Assembly (NCBI GenBank): GCA_963790205.1
Contig: CAWBNQ010000014.1
Span: 64,001 to 128,000 of the forward strand
DNA: 64,000 bases
Reading direction: 5' to 3'
Origin: Nitrospirota bacterium
Lineage (GTDB): Bacteria; Nitrospirota; UBA9217
Made by a program: the position numbers and the translations under genes. Positions 10,124-20,709 of the stretch are shown here, piece after piece (positions within the stretch are counted from its first letter, which is position 1; every line of letters begins with the position of its first letter). Below the pieces are notes generated by a model. It searched no databases. It was not told where the DNA came from and saw only the letters and a list, made by a program, of their open reading frames with translations.

Positions 10124-10459
10124 AGTGCACCTCCTCCTTGTGATGCGTAATACCTCAATGTTGAAACGTATGGGCTACGGATTACGAACGCGGCTTGATC
10201 GGAGAACACCTCGAATATAGCACATCTGAATTTCGGTTGGATTAACACATGCAGGCAGAGCTCGCCCGAAAATTGCGGATTATTAATTCATCCGGACAAA
10301 GTCCTGATGGATGTTTCAACATGTTGCACTGCGGAAAGCGAGGGGGAAAAACCGATGCCCTTATGAATCCAAAACTGTCTCCGACCAGCTCAAGTGGGCG
10401 TCACAGCTCACGCAGGCTAAAACATGCGACTGCGTCTCGGGTCGCGATATGCAGCACGC

Positions 10460-12466
10460 CTACTCTACCTTTACCCCCACGGCCATCTCCTGCTCCCGGA
10501 GCTTCTTGATCCGGTCCCTGAGCTCGGCCGCGCGTTCGAACTCCTGCTTTTTGGCAGCAGCGCGCATCTCTTTTTCGAGGTGCTCGATGAGCCGCGGGAT
10601 GTCCACGGTCGAGAGGTACTCAGCCTCTTCCTCCGCCGCGATCGGCACGGTAAAGTAATCTTCCTCGTACACGGTCCTGAGCGCTGCCTGGATGTTCTTC
10701 TTGATGGACTGCGGAGTGATATTGTGCTTCTTGTTGTACACCTCCTGCACCGTACGGCGCCTGTTCGTTTCCGCAATGGCATTTCGCATGGAGTCGGTCA
10801 TGATCTCCGCGTAGAGGATGACCTCGCCGTTCACGTTTCGTGCTGCCCGGCCCATGGTCTGGATGAGCGAGCGTGCTGAGCGCAGGAACCCTTCCTTGTC
10901 CGCGTCCAGGATCGCAACGAGCGAGACCTCGGGGATGTCGAGGCCTTCACGCAGGAGGTTGATTCCGATGAGCACGTCGTACTTTCCCATGCGAAGGTCA
11001 CGGATAATGTCCACCCGTTCGAGGGTGTCGATGTCGGAGTGCAGATACGCCACCTTCACGTTCAGCTCTTTATAATGCTCGGTCAGGTCCTCTGCCATGC
11101 GCTTCGTGAGCGTGGTAACGAGTACCCTCTCGCCGGCCTCTGCGCGCTTGCGGACCTCGTTCAAAAGATCGTCCACCTGCCCTTTCACCGGCTTGATCGT
11201 GATCTTCGGGTCCGTGAGGCCCGTGGGCCGGATCACCTGTTCGATGATCCTTTTACCGGCCTTTTCAACTTCATAGTCCGCCGGCGTTGCGGAAACATAA
11301 ACGGTCTGATGCACCCGTTCTTCGAACTCCTGGAAATTGAGCGGCCTGTTGTCGAGGGCTGAGGGCAGGCGGAATCCGTAGTCCACGAGCGTGGATTTTC
11401 TGGCCCGGTCTCCGTTGTACATGCCGCCGACCTGGGGGATCGTCGCGTGGGACTCGTCCACGATCAGGAGATAATCCTTGGGAAAGTAGTCGATGAGCGT
11501 GGGAGGCGGCTCGCCGGGGGCCCGCCCCGAAAGGTGGCGCGAGTAATTCTCGATGCCGTGGCAGTAGCCCATTTCCTGGATCATTTCGAGGTCGAACATG
11601 GTCCTCTGCTCGATCCTCTGCGCTTCGAGGAGTTTGTTCATTTTCCGGAAGTACTGGATGCGCTCCCGGAGCTCATCATGGATGCCGTCGACTGCGGCCT
11701 TCAAGCGGGACTCGGGTATCACATAGTGGCTGCCCGGATAGATCGCCACCTTCTCCAGTTTCTGCAGAGGAGTGCCCAGGAGCGGATCAAATACCGAGAT
11801 CGAGTCGAGCTCGTCACCGAACAGCTCGACGCGGATGGCCGTGTTCTCATAGGACGCCGGAAAGATCTCGACCACGTCGCCCCGCACACGGAAGGTTCCG
11901 CGGTGGAAGTCGTAGTCGTTCCTCTCATACTGGATGTCCACAAGCTTCCTGAGGATGTCGTCCCGTTCGATGCGCTGTCCTTTTTCGAGAAAGAGCAGCA
12001 TGCCGTGGTAGGCCTCAGGCGAGCCGAGGCCGTAGATGCACGAGACCGAGGCCACGACGATGACGTCGTTCCGCTCGAAGAGCGCGTTCGTCGCCGAGTG
12101 GCGCATGCGGTCGATCTGTTCGTTGATGGACGAGTCCTTTTCGATATACGTGTCCGTGGTCGGGAGATAGGCCTCGGGCTGGTAGTAATCGTAATAGGAA
12201 ACGAAATACTCGACGGCATTTTCCGGGAAAAGCTCCTTGAACTCATTATAGAGCTGGGCCGCGAGCGTCTTGTTGTGCGCGATCACGAGCGTGGGTTTCT
12301 GGACCCTCTCGACCACGTTCGCCATGGTGAAGGTCTTGCCCGAGCCCGTGACGCCCAGGAGCACCTGGTGATTAATGCCTTTGATAATGCCGTCCGAGAG
12401 CTTCTCGATGGCCTGCGGCTGGTCTCCCGTGGGCTTAAAGTCCGATACGATCTTGAATTTCGTCAT
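10460..12466 (-). CDS. uvrB: Excinuclease ABC subunit B
   Basis: [39 protein letters not shown]-terminal UVR domain. Confidence 0.98.
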   Translation of the reverse strand: MTKFKIVSDFKPTGDQPQAIEKLSDGIIKGINHQVLLGVTGSGKTFTMANVVERVQKPTLVIAHNKTLAAQLYNEFKELFPENAVEYFVSYYDYYQPEAYLPTTDTYIEKDSSINEQIDRMRHSATNALFERNDVIVVASVSCIYGLGSPEAYHGMLLFLEKGQRIERDDILRKLVDIQYERNDYDFHRGTFRVRGDVVEIFPASYENTAIRVELFGDELDSISVFDPLLGTPLQKLEKVAIYPGSHYVIPESRLKAAVDGIHDELRERIQYFRKMNKLLEAQRIEQRTMFDLEMIQEMGYCHGIENYSRHLSGRAPGEPPPTLIDYFPKDYLLIVDESHATIPQVGGMYNGDRARKSTLVDYGFRLPSALDNRPLNFQEFEERVHQTVYVSATPADYEVEKAGKRIIEQVIRPTGLTDPKITIKPVKGQVDDLLNEVRKRAEAGERVLVTTLTKRMAEDLTEHYKELNVKVAYLHSDIDTLERVDIIRDLRMGKYDVLIGINLLREGLDIPEVSLVAILDADKEGFLRSARSLIQTMGRAARNVNGEVILYAEIMTDSMRNAIAETNRRRTVQEVYNKKHNITPQSIKKNIQAALRTVYEEDYFTVPIAAEEEAEYLSTVDIPRLIEHLEKEMRAAAKKQEFERAAELRDRIKKLREQEMAVGVKVE

Positions 12467-12472
12467 GTTTAA

Positions 12473-12501
12473 ATATTACTCTATTCACCACGCAAGGTCA
12501 A
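12473..12501 (-). promoter_or_regulatory. sigma70 promoter of uvrB, probably leaderless
   Basis: TTGACC-17-TAATAT, 6 nt before ATG; no SD. Confidence 0.65.
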
Positions 12502-12541
12502 ATGACCCATGCATGCCGGGCCGGACCCCTTCTTTTTTCGA

Positions 12542-13015
12542 TCAGCGTTTTCTCCGGTAGAAGACAAAACGGTAGGAAGGCGTATTCTCGATCTCTTCCC
12601 TTTTTATCTCGTCGAAATATTCCGGTATCTCCGGAAAGAACGTGTCACCCTCGTAGGAGCGGCGGACGACGGTAAGATAAATTCTTTGTGCGAGGGAAAC
12701 CGTTTCATGGAACACTATCCCACCGCCGCAGATAAAGACCTCATCCTCGCCTTCGCATGCGGCAAAGGCTTCTTCGAGGCCGTGGGCCACGACGGCGCCT
12801 GTCGGGTGAAAACCCTTCCGGTGGGTAAGCACAATGTTCTTCCTGCCAAGGAGCGGACGTCCTATGATCTCGAAGGTCTTTCTTCCGAAGATGACAGCGT
12901 GCCCCATGGTTATATCCCTGAAGCGCTTCTGGTCCGAAGGAATGTTCCAGGGAATGGCGTTCTTGTTCCCGATCACGCGGTTTTCCGCCATGGCGGCTAT
13001 GAGCGAAATGATCAT
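12542..13015 (-). CDS. folA: Dihydrofolate reductase
   Basis: ISLIAAMAENRVIG, IPW..D..F, GRKT, L.GRKNIVLT, ICGGG, GDTFFP. Confidence 0.95.
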   Translation of the reverse strand: MIISLIAAMAENRVIGNKNAIPWNIPSDQKRFRDITMGHAVIFGRKTFEIIGRPLLGRKNIVLTHRKGFHPTGAVVAHGLEEAFAACEGEDEVFICGGGIVFHETVSLAQRIYLTVVRRSYEGDTFFPEIPEYFDEIKREEIENTPSYRFVFYRRKR

Positions 13016-13021
13016 GACCCT

Positions 13022-13050
13022 ACAGTAGCAGAGAGGCGTTGTGCTGTCAA
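13022..13050 (-). promoter_or_regulatory. sigma70 promoter of folA, probably leaderless
   Basis: TTGACA-17-TACTGT with extended TG, 6 nt before ATG. Confidence 0.65.
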
Positions 13051-13091
13051 ACAATGCGGAAGGGTGTCCTGAGATTAAGCGGGCGTCATCC

Positions 13092-13139
13092 CCCCTCACC
13101 TTAATCTTTTCCCCGAGGGGAGAAGACGCGGGTGAGGGG
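13092..13139. repeat. REP-like palindrome (CCCCTCACC...GGTGAGGGG)
   Basis: Terminal inverted arms with an internal CCCC/GGGG hairpin. Confidence 0.55.
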
Positions 13140-13204
13140 CAAAGCTAAATCAAGTGTAAATGCGATTGTATCAGCCGATACGGCGCTATGAGGGCGTATC
13201 CAAC

Positions 13205-13238
13205 AAAAAAATCCCGCCCTTTTCAGGAAAAGGCAGGA
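13205..13238 (-). terminator. Probable intrinsic terminator of the methyltransferase gene
   Basis: Imperfect GC stem followed by a T-run on the minus strand. Confidence 0.5.
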
Positions 13239-13278
13239 GTGGGCATTCCAAGCAGCGGAAATTCAAGGGCCGTGATAC

Positions 13279-13848
13279 TTATTTCACGAAGAGATAGAGC
13301 ATGACCGCGAACCCGATGAATACGCCGATCGCCGTCTCGTGCTCCGAGTTCTCCTTCACCACGCTGAAGCTCCAGCGGTTCGCGCCCCTGGCCGGGTAGG
13401 GAGTGAAACGGGGCAAATAGTCCGGCACGGCCTTGTCGTACACGGTCCAGGCCTCTCCGAAGCTGCCCACGAGCTTCTCGTTCTCCTGTTTCTTTTTATG
13501 GGGCGCATAGTAAATGAAGAACCACACAAAGCCGCCGATCATGATCCAGATATTCATGGCCATGGCACTGTAGCCGAGGGTGATGAGGAGCGTTCCTATA
13601 TAGAGGGGGTTCTTGACGTACGAATAGGGGCCGGTCGTGGTGAGTTGCTTGTTCTTCCTGAGATGTCCGGCGGCCCACAGCCGCAGCCACTCGCCCAAAA
13701 ACGTAACGGCAGCGCCGGGAATGAACCATGCCGGTTCGAGCTGTTTGTCCTTTGCCAGGGCGAACATCACGCCGGCCACAACGGCCGCCAGCACCGTCTT
13801 CGTCGTTATTTTTGTGAGCTTATATTTGAGGGTATCTTTGGCCGCCAT
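13279..13848 (-). CDS. Isoprenylcysteine carboxyl methyltransferase / PEMT-family membrane protein
   Basis: LRLWAAG, LTTTGPYSYVKNPLYIG, EN.KL...FG..W..Y...VP. Confidence 0.85.
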   Translation of the reverse strand: MAAKDTLKYKLTKITTKTVLAAVVAGVMFALAKDKQLEPAWFIPGAAVTFLGEWLRLWAAGHLRKNKQLTTTGPYSYVKNPLYIGTLLITLGYSAMAMNIWIMIGGFVWFFIYYAPHKKKQENEKLVGSFGEAWTVYDKAVPDYLPRFTPYPARGANRWSFSVVKENSEHETAIGVFIGFAVMLYLFVK

Positions 13849-13909
13849 ACTTTCTCCTTATAATTGATTGGTAAGCCTTCCTACTTCTTACTTTCTCATT
13901 ACTACACCC

Positions 13910-14533
13910 TCACCACTTCCTCGGCATCAGGAGGTTGCGCAGCCTGAGCCACTTCTTCTCCCGTGCCGTTATGAGCTCGGGTGCATAGATGCTCTTCATT
14001 TTGATGAGCGACAGGCGGTCGGCAATTCCCAGGAGCCTTGTCAGGCGCCGGCCGACGAAGGGAAGACTTCCGGGATGGAGCGCCGACGCAAGGTCGACCA
14101 CAAAGACCTTTCCGTCGACAAGCAGGATGTTCGACCGCCGCTGCAGGTCGAGGTGCACCCATCCGCGCACGTGGAGCTCTTCGACGATACTCTCGAACTG
14201 GCGAACAACACCCGGCCCGAGCTCTCCCCGCACAATACCGCCGAGATCCCTGCCCTCGAGGTATTCGATGGCAATTGAGAACGGCGAAAGCCGCTTGAAC
14301 TGCGAAGGAAGCCCCTCGATTCCGGCAAGCACGCGGTAGGCGCGGATTTCACGGCCGATGACCGTGCGGCCGACGAGGTTTCGTTCCAAAAATCCTTTTT
14401 TTCCAAAATCCTTGACCACAAAGCGCTGTCCGCGAAAACGCGTGATAAACACATCGGCCTTCAGCAACCTTCCTTTTACCAAGACCTTTTCAAGGTTCGC
14501 TGCCGCCTCATCGTATGACAAATCCATATTCAT
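13910..14533 (-). CDS. Protein-kinase-like (Kdo/WaaP/RIO1-like) kinase
   Basis: VVKDF, RE..AY..L, HLDLQRRSNILL, VVDLASA. Confidence 0.75.
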   Translation of the reverse strand: MNMDLSYDEAAANLEKVLVKGRLLKADVFITRFRGQRFVVKDFGKKGFLERNLVGRTVIGREIRAYRVLAGIEGLPSQFKRLSPFSIAIEYLEGRDLGGIVRGELGPGVVRQFESIVEELHVRGWVHLDLQRRSNILLVDGKVFVVDLASALHPGSLPFVGRRLTRLLGIADRLSLIKMKSIYAPELITAREKKWLRLRNLLMPRKW

Positions 14534-14593
14534 CAATCAACCTGGACAAAAGTTTTACCATTTTAGAAGCACGGGGCGCAAGAGTCAAGAAAT

Positions 14594-14742
14594 TTATTCG
14601 GGAAAGGAAACGCCGCGGTCCGTTTCCAGGTTTTTGATAGGCCCGCTCACGGCCGGCTGGGTGAGAGAGAAGGTCTCCGCGGCCTTTGAAAAGCTGCGAA
14701 GTTTGATGAGGGTGCAGAATATTTCGATCCGGTGGAATCCAT
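14594..14742 (-). pseudogene. LysR-family regulator remnant (HTH only, frameshift at start)
   Basis: FHRIEIFCTLIKLRSFSKAAETFSLTQPAVS..IKNLE; ATG is out of frame by one base; no effector domain. Confidence 0.75.
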
Positions 14743-14748
14743 ACAGGG

Positions 14749-14871
14749 AAATTCCAAGTATCAAATTACAAATCTCAAATAATATCCAAACTTCAAAATA
14801 CAAATTCAAAACGTTTGAAATTTGGTGATTCGAATTTGAAATTTATTTGAGATTTGATGCTTGCTATTTGG
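14749..14871. repeat. Inverted heptamer array (CAAAT-type), overlaps the pepA stop
   Basis: CAAGTAT CAAATTA CAAATCT CAAATAA ... ATTTGAG ATTTGAT GCTTGCT ATTTGG. Confidence 0.8.
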
Positions 14872-16363
14872 CGCTTGCCGCGTAATCGCGCAGGAACTGC
14901 GTCAACAGCCGCATACCGATGCCCGTGGCCCCCTTGGGCGTATAGGGCCGGTCTTTCTCGCTCCAGGCCGTCGCCGCGATATCGAGATGCACCCAGGGAT
15001 ACTTCTGAACGAACTTGGAGAGCAGCGCCGCGGCCGTGATCAAGCCGCCGTCCCTGCCTCCCGCGTTCTTCATGTCCGCGATGTCGCTCTTGATCAGGTC
15101 GTAATAGCCCTCCCAGAGCGGCATCTCCCAGACGCGCTCCCCGGTCTTCTCGCCGGCCTCGCGGATCTTCTGTTTGAGCTTCTCGTCCGTGCCAAGCATG
15201 CCCGTGGCCTCCTGGCCCAGGGCGATCCTGCACGCGCCGGTGAGCGTGGCGATGTCCACGATCACCGCTGGCTTATATTGGCAGGCATAAGCGAGGGCGT
15301 CGGAAAGAATGAGCCTGCCTTCGGCATCGGTATTGATGATCTCGATGGTCTGGCCCGAGAGGGTACGAAGCACGTCGCCGGGCTTGTATGCGCTGCCGCC
15401 CGGCATGTTCTCCGTAGCCGGGAGCAGGCCCACAATGTTGAGCGGAAGTTTGAGCGCCGCCGCGGTGCGGAGCGCCCCAAGGACCGCTACCCCGCCGGAC
15501 ATGTCATCCTTCATCTTGTCCATGTTCTCGGACGGCTTGATCGAGATGCCGCCGGAGTCGAAGGTGATGGTCTTGCCCACGAGCGCGATAACGGGTTTCT
15601 TGCCGCCCCGCCGATATTCGACGATAATGAACTTCGGCGGCTGTGCGCTGCCCGATGCCACGCCGAGGAGGGCCCCCATGCCGAGTTTTTCCATCTGGCT
15701 GCGTTCGAGTACCTGGAGCTTAAGCCCGAACTCGCGGGCAAGCTGACGCGCCTTGGCCGCGATGATCGACGGCGTCATGTCTGCGGGCGGAGAACTGACC
15801 ATATCACGGACCATGGCCGTGGATGCGGCAATTATCTCGCCGGTCTTCACACCCGATTGCAGGGCCTTCACTTCCGGCGCGTGCTCCGCGACGATGGCTA
15901 TGGTCCGTATGTCCTTTTTATTGCCGTTTTCTTCGCTGGTCTTGTATTTCAGGAAGCGGTAGAGCCCAAGCAGGCTCCCTTCGATCAATGCCTGGGCCGT
16001 TTCCTCGGGGTCCAGGCCGATTCCGTCACACGAAAACGCTATGTCGGCCGCACCAGCGGCCCTCAAGTGCGGAGCGGCCTTACCCGCGGCCTGGCGCAGC
16101 CGGTTGAGATCAAGGTCTTCTCTCTTGCCCAGGCCCGCGAGGACGAGCCGCTCGGCGGCAATGCGGCCTTCGGGATAAAGGAGGTGGACGCCGCCCGGCT
16201 TGGGCCTGAAATCGCCGCGCTTCATAAGACGGGCTATCGTACCGCCGAAGGCCTTGTCTACCCGCCCGGCAACAACGCCCGGTTTCTCATCCTCGAAAAA
16301 CAGGATCACGACACCATCAGTCTTCTGTTTTTCAATCTTCCCTGCTGCAACGCTGATTTTCAT
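14864..16363 (-). CDS. pepA: Leucyl aminopeptidase (M17)
   Basis: GKTITFDSGG, MKDDMSG, ENMPGG, NTDAEGRL, ATLTGA, HLDIA. Confidence 0.96.
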   Translation of the reverse strand: MKISVAAGKIEKQKTDGVVILFFEDEKPGVVAGRVDKAFGGTIARLMKRGDFRPKPGGVHLLYPEGRIAAERLVLAGLGKREDLDLNRLRQAAGKAAPHLRAAGAADIAFSCDGIGLDPEETAQALIEGSLLGLYRFLKYKTSEENGNKKDIRTIAIVAEHAPEVKALQSGVKTGEIIAASTAMVRDMVSSPPADMTPSIIAAKARQLAREFGLKLQVLERSQMEKLGMGALLGVASGSAQPPKFIIVEYRRGGKKPVIALVGKTITFDSGGISIKPSENMDKMKDDMSGGVAVLGALRTAAALKLPLNIVGLLPATENMPGGSAYKPGDVLRTLSGQTIEIINTDAEGRLILSDALAYACQYKPAVIVDIATLTGACRIALGQEATGMLGTDEKLKQKIREAGEKTGERVWEMPLWEGYYDLIKSDIADMKNAGGRDGGLITAAALLSKFVQKYPWVHLDIAATAWSEKDRPYTPKGATGIGMRLLTQFLRDYAASAK

Positions 16364-16424
16364 AGGAGCCCCCGCCACAAGGGTATCATTTCCAATTATC
16401 AGGTTTGATTATCTCGAAAAGAAT

Positions 16425-16631
16425 CTGCCACGGAGGCACTGAGTCACGGAGAAATAAAAAACCTAAGCACGAAATCCAAAGTTCTCAATAATATTTAGCG
16501 AGGCTCCGCCTCAGACAACGAGGCATGAGTCAAGTCTCAAGCAATACGATTCTCACACGAAGGCACAAAGAACACAGAGGTTTGCGCAATTCATCCAGCC
16601 CTTCTTCGTGAGCTTTGTGACTTTGTGTGAA
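16425..16631. repeat. Cluster of degenerate 7-, 8- and 9-nt-period repeats
   Basis: CACGGAGG CACTGAGT CACGGAGA; CACGAAGG CACAAAGAA CACAGAG, inverted with CTTCGTG..CTTTGTG.CTTTGTG. Confidence 0.65.
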
Positions 16632-16679
16632 TAATAGGTTTTGGTGCATCGGTCTGAGGTATTGCCTTGTTAGTGATTC

Positions 16680-17393
16680 TCAGTCTTTGCGGAACACGAT
16701 CGGCTCCAGCCCTTCAAGCTTCAATTTGCCCGCTACCAGTTCGGCCTTCTCCTCCGTACTGTAGGAGCCGACGCGAACACGATAAAACTTCCCCAGGTTC
16801 GAGTCGAAGGGTGCGATGGCAATCTGTTCGAACTTTTGCGAGAGCCGGTCTTTGAGCAATTTCGCGCTCTCCCCCTCGGCAAACACCGCCGCCTGGACCG
16901 TGTACAGAGCGCTGCCGTTGACCGGTTCCAGGGTCTCGATCTTTACCGGCGCCGTGCCCTGGGCCACGAAACCCAGTTCCTTGGCCGCGCCGTAGGACAG
17001 TTCGAGGACCCTGTTTTTGACAAACGGCCCGCGATCATTCACCCTGACCTTGAGGCTCTTGTAATTTTCGAGGTTGGTAACGCGGATGACCGTGCCGAGC
17101 GGCAAGGTGCGATGCGCTGCCGACATTCCGTACATATCGAAGACCTCGCCGCTTGCCGTTTTCCTTCCGTTAAAGTCCTTGCCATACCAGGAAGCGACCC
17201 CGGTTTCCCGGTAGACGGCGGTGCCGGCCAGCGCGGTCGCTGAAGGGGCGGCAGGAGGCGTTACCGGAGCAGGGGCGGCCTGAGGCGCCGTCGGGACCTT
17301 CCACGGTGCGCACGAAGTTGCCAGTGCAAGGGTAAGGAGCACGGTCACGAGCGGCTTTCCGCATGCCAGGCTGTTCATAAGGCGGCACCTCAT
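16680..17393 (-). CDS. rlpA: Septal ring lytic transglycosylase RlpA lipoprotein (DPBB + SPOR)
   Basis: Lipobox LATSC; GVASWYG, TASGE, AAHRTLP, VNDRGPF; C-terminal SPOR (YRVRVG). Confidence 0.93.
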   Translation of the reverse strand: MRCRLMNSLACGKPLVTVLLTLALATSCAPWKVPTAPQAAPAPVTPPAAPSATALAGTAVYRETGVASWYGKDFNGRKTASGEVFDMYGMSAAHRTLPLGTVIRVTNLENYKSLKVRVNDRGPFVKNRVLELSYGAAKELGFVAQGTAPVKIETLEPVNGSALYTVQAAVFAEGESAKLLKDRLSQKFEQIAIAPFDSNLGKFYRVRVGSYSTEEKAELVAGKLKLEGLEPIVFRKD

Positions 17394-17406
17394 GCGTCCC
17401 CTCGTC

Positions 17407-17637
17407 TTATGCGGTGGCCTTTCCTTCGGCAGGTGCGGCCGCCTCGGATGCTTTCTTGCCGGCCGACTTGTATGCCTTGGCCGTGCGAAGCTTGCGCTGC
17501 ACCCGTTTGACTTTTTTGCGCGCGGTCCGCGCCTCGGGGTCGGACTTCTTGCCGCCCGCCTTGGCGATCTTCTCCGCGGCGGCCTTTTTCAATTTTTTGA
17601 TTTTTTCCTGAAGCTCTTCCTGGTTCACCTTGATCAC
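17407..17637 (-). CDS. Small Lys/Ala-rich hypothetical protein
   Basis: SD AAGGAGGAG before GTG; host-like codon usage; highly basic. Confidence 0.65.
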   Translation of the reverse strand: MIKVNQEELQEKIKKLKKAAAEKIAKAGGKKSDPEARTARKKVKRVQRKLRTAKAYKSAGKKASEAAAPAEGKATA

Positions 17638-17813
17638 TGCGCACTCCTCCTTGAACATTAAGAAAATCGGGTCTCGTTATCGAAACCCCATCATAGACAA
17701 AACCCCCGAGGAAATCAAGAAATTTTGTAGGGCTTGATACAGTTCCTGTCCGGTCTGGCAGGGAATGAATGGTAAGGGATGACAAAGGATAGCAATGAGA
17801 GGGGTTTGATGCA

Positions 17814-17850
17814 AAAAAAATCCGGGAGTCACCCAGCGGTGACCCCCGGA
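17814..17850 (-). terminator. Intrinsic terminator
   Basis: TCCGGGGGTCACC-loop-GGTGACTCCCGGA followed by T7, just after the 17863 stop. Confidence 0.85.
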
Positions 17851-17862
17851 CAGATGATTACC

Positions 17863-18183
17863 TTAGCAGCCCATTGGTGCCTTGGGCGCCGGTTTGGACG
17901 CTTCTGCGGGTGCTGCCGCCACGGGCATGGCCTTTACCCCGGTGAGCATGTGTTTTTCGATGGATGCCTCTACCTTATCCCCGGCCTTTACATTGCTGAG
18001 ATCAACATGCTTGCCGACCTTGAGCTTCATATCCTTGGTCGTGCCTTCCGGGCAGAAAACAACGGTGTGCGTCTTTGCATCTACGCTCTTGATGGTGCCC
18101 ATCTTCGACTCCGCCGCGAACGCCAGAGAGCCAAGCGCTGCAACCAGAGCAACTGCTGCCACAACTGCTGCAATTTTCTTCAT
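17863..18183 (-). CDS. Small secreted beta-rich protein ending in Gly-Cys
   Basis: Signal peptide (AFA), GTIKSVD...VKAGDKV OB-like pattern, own SD and terminator. Confidence 0.8.
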   Translation of the reverse strand: MKKIAAVVAAVALVAALGSLAFAAESKMGTIKSVDAKTHTVVFCPEGTTKDMKLKVGKHVDLSNVKAGDKVEASIEKHMLTGVKAMPVAAAPAEASKPAPKAPMGC

Positions 18184-18306
18184 GTTACTCCCCCTTTAGA
18201 TTTGAATTTTAATAAACCGCAGGCCATACAATACCACAAGTTTAAAAAATACTCAATTAAAATTTTAAATAATAGCATTTGAAAATTTTGTAGCCCGCGA
18301 AAGCGG

Positions 18307-18543
18307 TTATCCGGCGCTTTTTGCCTTTAACAGCCGCTCTATTTCCTTGATCTGTTCGCCCCATTCCTTGCACTCCTGTTCATATTCTTCCTGGAGGTTC
18401 TGCGCCTTTTCCGCGCCGATGTGGACTGAGGTCTTGCCGAAGGTGAAGGCGTGCATATCCTCCAGGTCGCAGAGGTTGTCCTTGAGCCGCCTGAGCTCCG
18501 CCCTCAGTTCATCAACCGTCATGTCATTAATATTTTTTTTCAT
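18307..18543 (-). CDS. Small coiled-coil hypothetical protein
   Basis: ORF preceded by TTGACG-18-TATAGT, 7 nt before ATG. Confidence 0.7.
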   Translation of the reverse strand: MKKNINDMTVDELRAELRRLKDNLCDLEDMHAFTFGKTSVHIGAEKAQNLQEEYEQECKEWGEQIKEIERLLKAKSAG

Positions 18544-18678
18544 GCCCCCGACTATAGCAAAGAAAAAATCAGTACGTCAATAAAAAAATTATCGAACGGT
18601 TACGGCTTTCCGGGGCCGTTCCCTTGAACCGTGGAAATCCGGCGGCTGAGAGGCAAGAAGCCTTCAGCGCACGACCGC

Positions 18679-19440
18679 TCACCCCCGGGTGCTGATTTTC
18701 CTCATGCCGACGGGGTTCGGCGAACGGCGGGCATACCCTTTTTCCTGCACCACGATGTCCAGCGGCAGGCTCACCAGGTCGGAAAGCTCCGGGGTAAAAC
18801 GCACAATCATTCCGGCATCGACGGTCTTCACATAGGAACGGCAAAGATCGCAGGTGTTGATCTTGAACCCCTCCTCGCGCTCAAACACGAGGATGTTCTG
18901 CGTTGGGGCGTCAGCGGCTTGACAGACCGGGCAGCCAATGCGGTCCACATATCCCGGGGTGCCGCAATACGAGCAGGAAACCCGGCGCCGGCCGTGGTCC
19001 CCGATCCACGATACTGCCGGCTGGGCCCTGCAAACCGGGCATCTTCCCTCTTCCCACGTCCGGTCATCAAGAGAGCGCGATTCCCGCAGCGCGATAAAAT
19101 AAGGTTTGCTCAGGAGGAAAAGCAGCATGGAGAGGTCGTCTTCGGCATAGGGAAGCGAGAACGCGGGCACTTCGCCCAGGGGGAGCCGCGTGAAATCGAT
19201 TTCACCCAGCTCCATGGCCTGCTTCAAGGGGTTCAGGCTGCCCTCGGGCAGCTCGATGAACGACGAGAAACGCTCGAAGACCTGGCCGATGAGTCCGGGC
19301 GCATAGGCATTTTGACGCGGACCCGCCTTGACAGGGTTCTCTCTCATCGTTGCGAGGAATTTCAAGGATTTTTCATAGAACCGGAGAGTGTCGGTCAAAT
19401 GAGGCTTTTGTCTGATGATATCTTCAATGACTGCATGCAT
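18679..19440 (-). CDS. fdhE: Formate dehydrogenase accessory protein FdhE
   Basis: W.EGRCPVC, CSYC, CPVC, CDLCRSYVKTVD, LD......GY. Confidence 0.88.
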   Translation of the reverse strand: MHAVIEDIIRQKPHLTDTLRFYEKSLKFLATMRENPVKAGPRQNAYAPGLIGQVFERFSSFIELPEGSLNPLKQAMELGEIDFTRLPLGEVPAFSLPYAEDDLSMLLFLLSKPYFIALRESRSLDDRTWEEGRCPVCRAQPAVSWIGDHGRRRVSCSYCGTPGYVDRIGCPVCQAADAPTQNILVFEREEGFKINTCDLCRSYVKTVDAGMIVRFTPELSDLVSLPLDIVVQEKGYARRSPNPVGMRKISTRG

Positions 19441-19574
19441 GAAGTCCGTTCCTCCCGGCTCAACTTCGAAATTTTGGTTAGCGGAATCGGGAACTTATTT
19501 GAAATTTGAAGCCTGAGATCGGGTGTTTCATCTTCCTGTTCATCCGGTGAACTATTATTTTCCCCGGGCCTGCC

Positions 19575-20639
19575 TTACGGCACCTTCGGGTACTCGAAGG
19601 GGGTCGTCTCGCCGCTCAATGCTTCAACAAGAAACGCCTTCAAATATTTTTTCTCTTTGTCCGTCAGGCCCAGCGGCTTGAGTTCCGTGTTTCCCTTGCC
19701 GCCCCCTTTGTCGAGGAATTCGATGACCTCATCGAGCGTCGGGAAAATGCCGTTGTGCATATAGGGGCCGGTCTTCGCTATCTCAAGGAGCGTCGGCGTC
19801 CTGAACGCCTTCCAGTCTTTCTTGTCCTTGGTGATCAGATACCTGCCGGGGTCTTCGGTCAGCGTGCGATACTCCTCGAAATGGTAAACTTTGGCCACGA
19901 ACCTTCTCGTGACGGCGATCCGGGGATCGTTCTGGTGTTCGGGGTTTTCCGGCACGTTCAACGCGTGGAACTTGTCGTCCGAGAGGCTGACGCCGAAGTG
20001 GCACTCGGAGCACTTTCCTTTCCTCGTGAAGATAACCAATCCCTTCCTGGCGTTGTCCGAGAGCGCTTTTTTGTCTCCCTTGAGATAGCGGTCAAGGGGC
20101 GTGTTCCGGGACACGAGCGTCCGCTCGAAGGCCGCGATCGCCATGGCCATCCGCTCGCGCGTGGCCTCGCCGTTGAAAACCTTTTGGAAGGCCTCGACAT
20201 ATTCAGGAACGGACCGTATCACCTCCTCGACAAAATCGAGGTTCCGGTTCATCTCGAAGGCGGACATCATGGGAAAGAGCGCCTGGTCCTCGAGGGTCTG
20301 CGCCCTGCCGTCATGGAACAAATACTTCTGGAACGCCACGTTCATGAGCGTGGGCGCGTTTCGCCAGTTTCGGGTCGTGGGATAGCTGAGCGAGATATCG
20401 AGGCCGTCGGTGTACGCATGCTCCGGGTCGTGGCAGGTTTCGCAGCTCATGGTCCCGTCCCCCGAGAGCCTGCGGTCGAAGAACAGTTTCTTCCCGAGCT
20501 CGATCTTTTCCGAAGTCTGGGGGTTCTGCTCCGGTACGGGGACTGAGGTGAAAGGTTCCAGGTTTCCGGCATGAGCAGAGAAACCCGCGCATATCAGAAG
20601 AAATGTCACTCCTATCGTCTTAAGCAGTTGATGCCCCAT
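19575..20639 (-). CDS. Diheme cytochrome c peroxidase/MauG-superfamily protein (atypical)
   Basis: Signal peptide; LGKKLFFDRRLS, CETCH, CSECH, FRTPTL, PYMHNG. Confidence 0.9.
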   Translation of the reverse strand: MGHQLLKTIGVTFLLICAGFSAHAGNLEPFTSVPVPEQNPQTSEKIELGKKLFFDRRLSGDGTMSCETCHDPEHAYTDGLDISLSYPTTRNWRNAPTLMNVAFQKYLFHDGRAQTLEDQALFPMMSAFEMNRNLDFVEEVIRSVPEYVEAFQKVFNGEATRERMAMAIAAFERTLVSRNTPLDRYLKGDKKALSDNARKGLVIFTRKGKCSECHFGVSLSDDKFHALNVPENPEHQNDPRIAVTRRFVAKVYHFEEYRTLTEDPGRYLITKDKKDWKAFRTPTLLEIAKTGPYMHNGIFPTLDEVIEFLDKGGGKGNTELKPLGLTDKEKKYLKAFLVEALSGETTPFEYPKVP

Positions 20640-20709
20640 TGATCGTTGCCTCCGCTTAATTTCGGAACGCGGATTGCACACTCCGAACACTGAGCTCTGA
20701 ACGTTGAAC

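Noticed and set aside
17863..17865. Selenocysteine read-through after the terminal GC
   Set aside because: The stop is TAA and is followed by a terminator.
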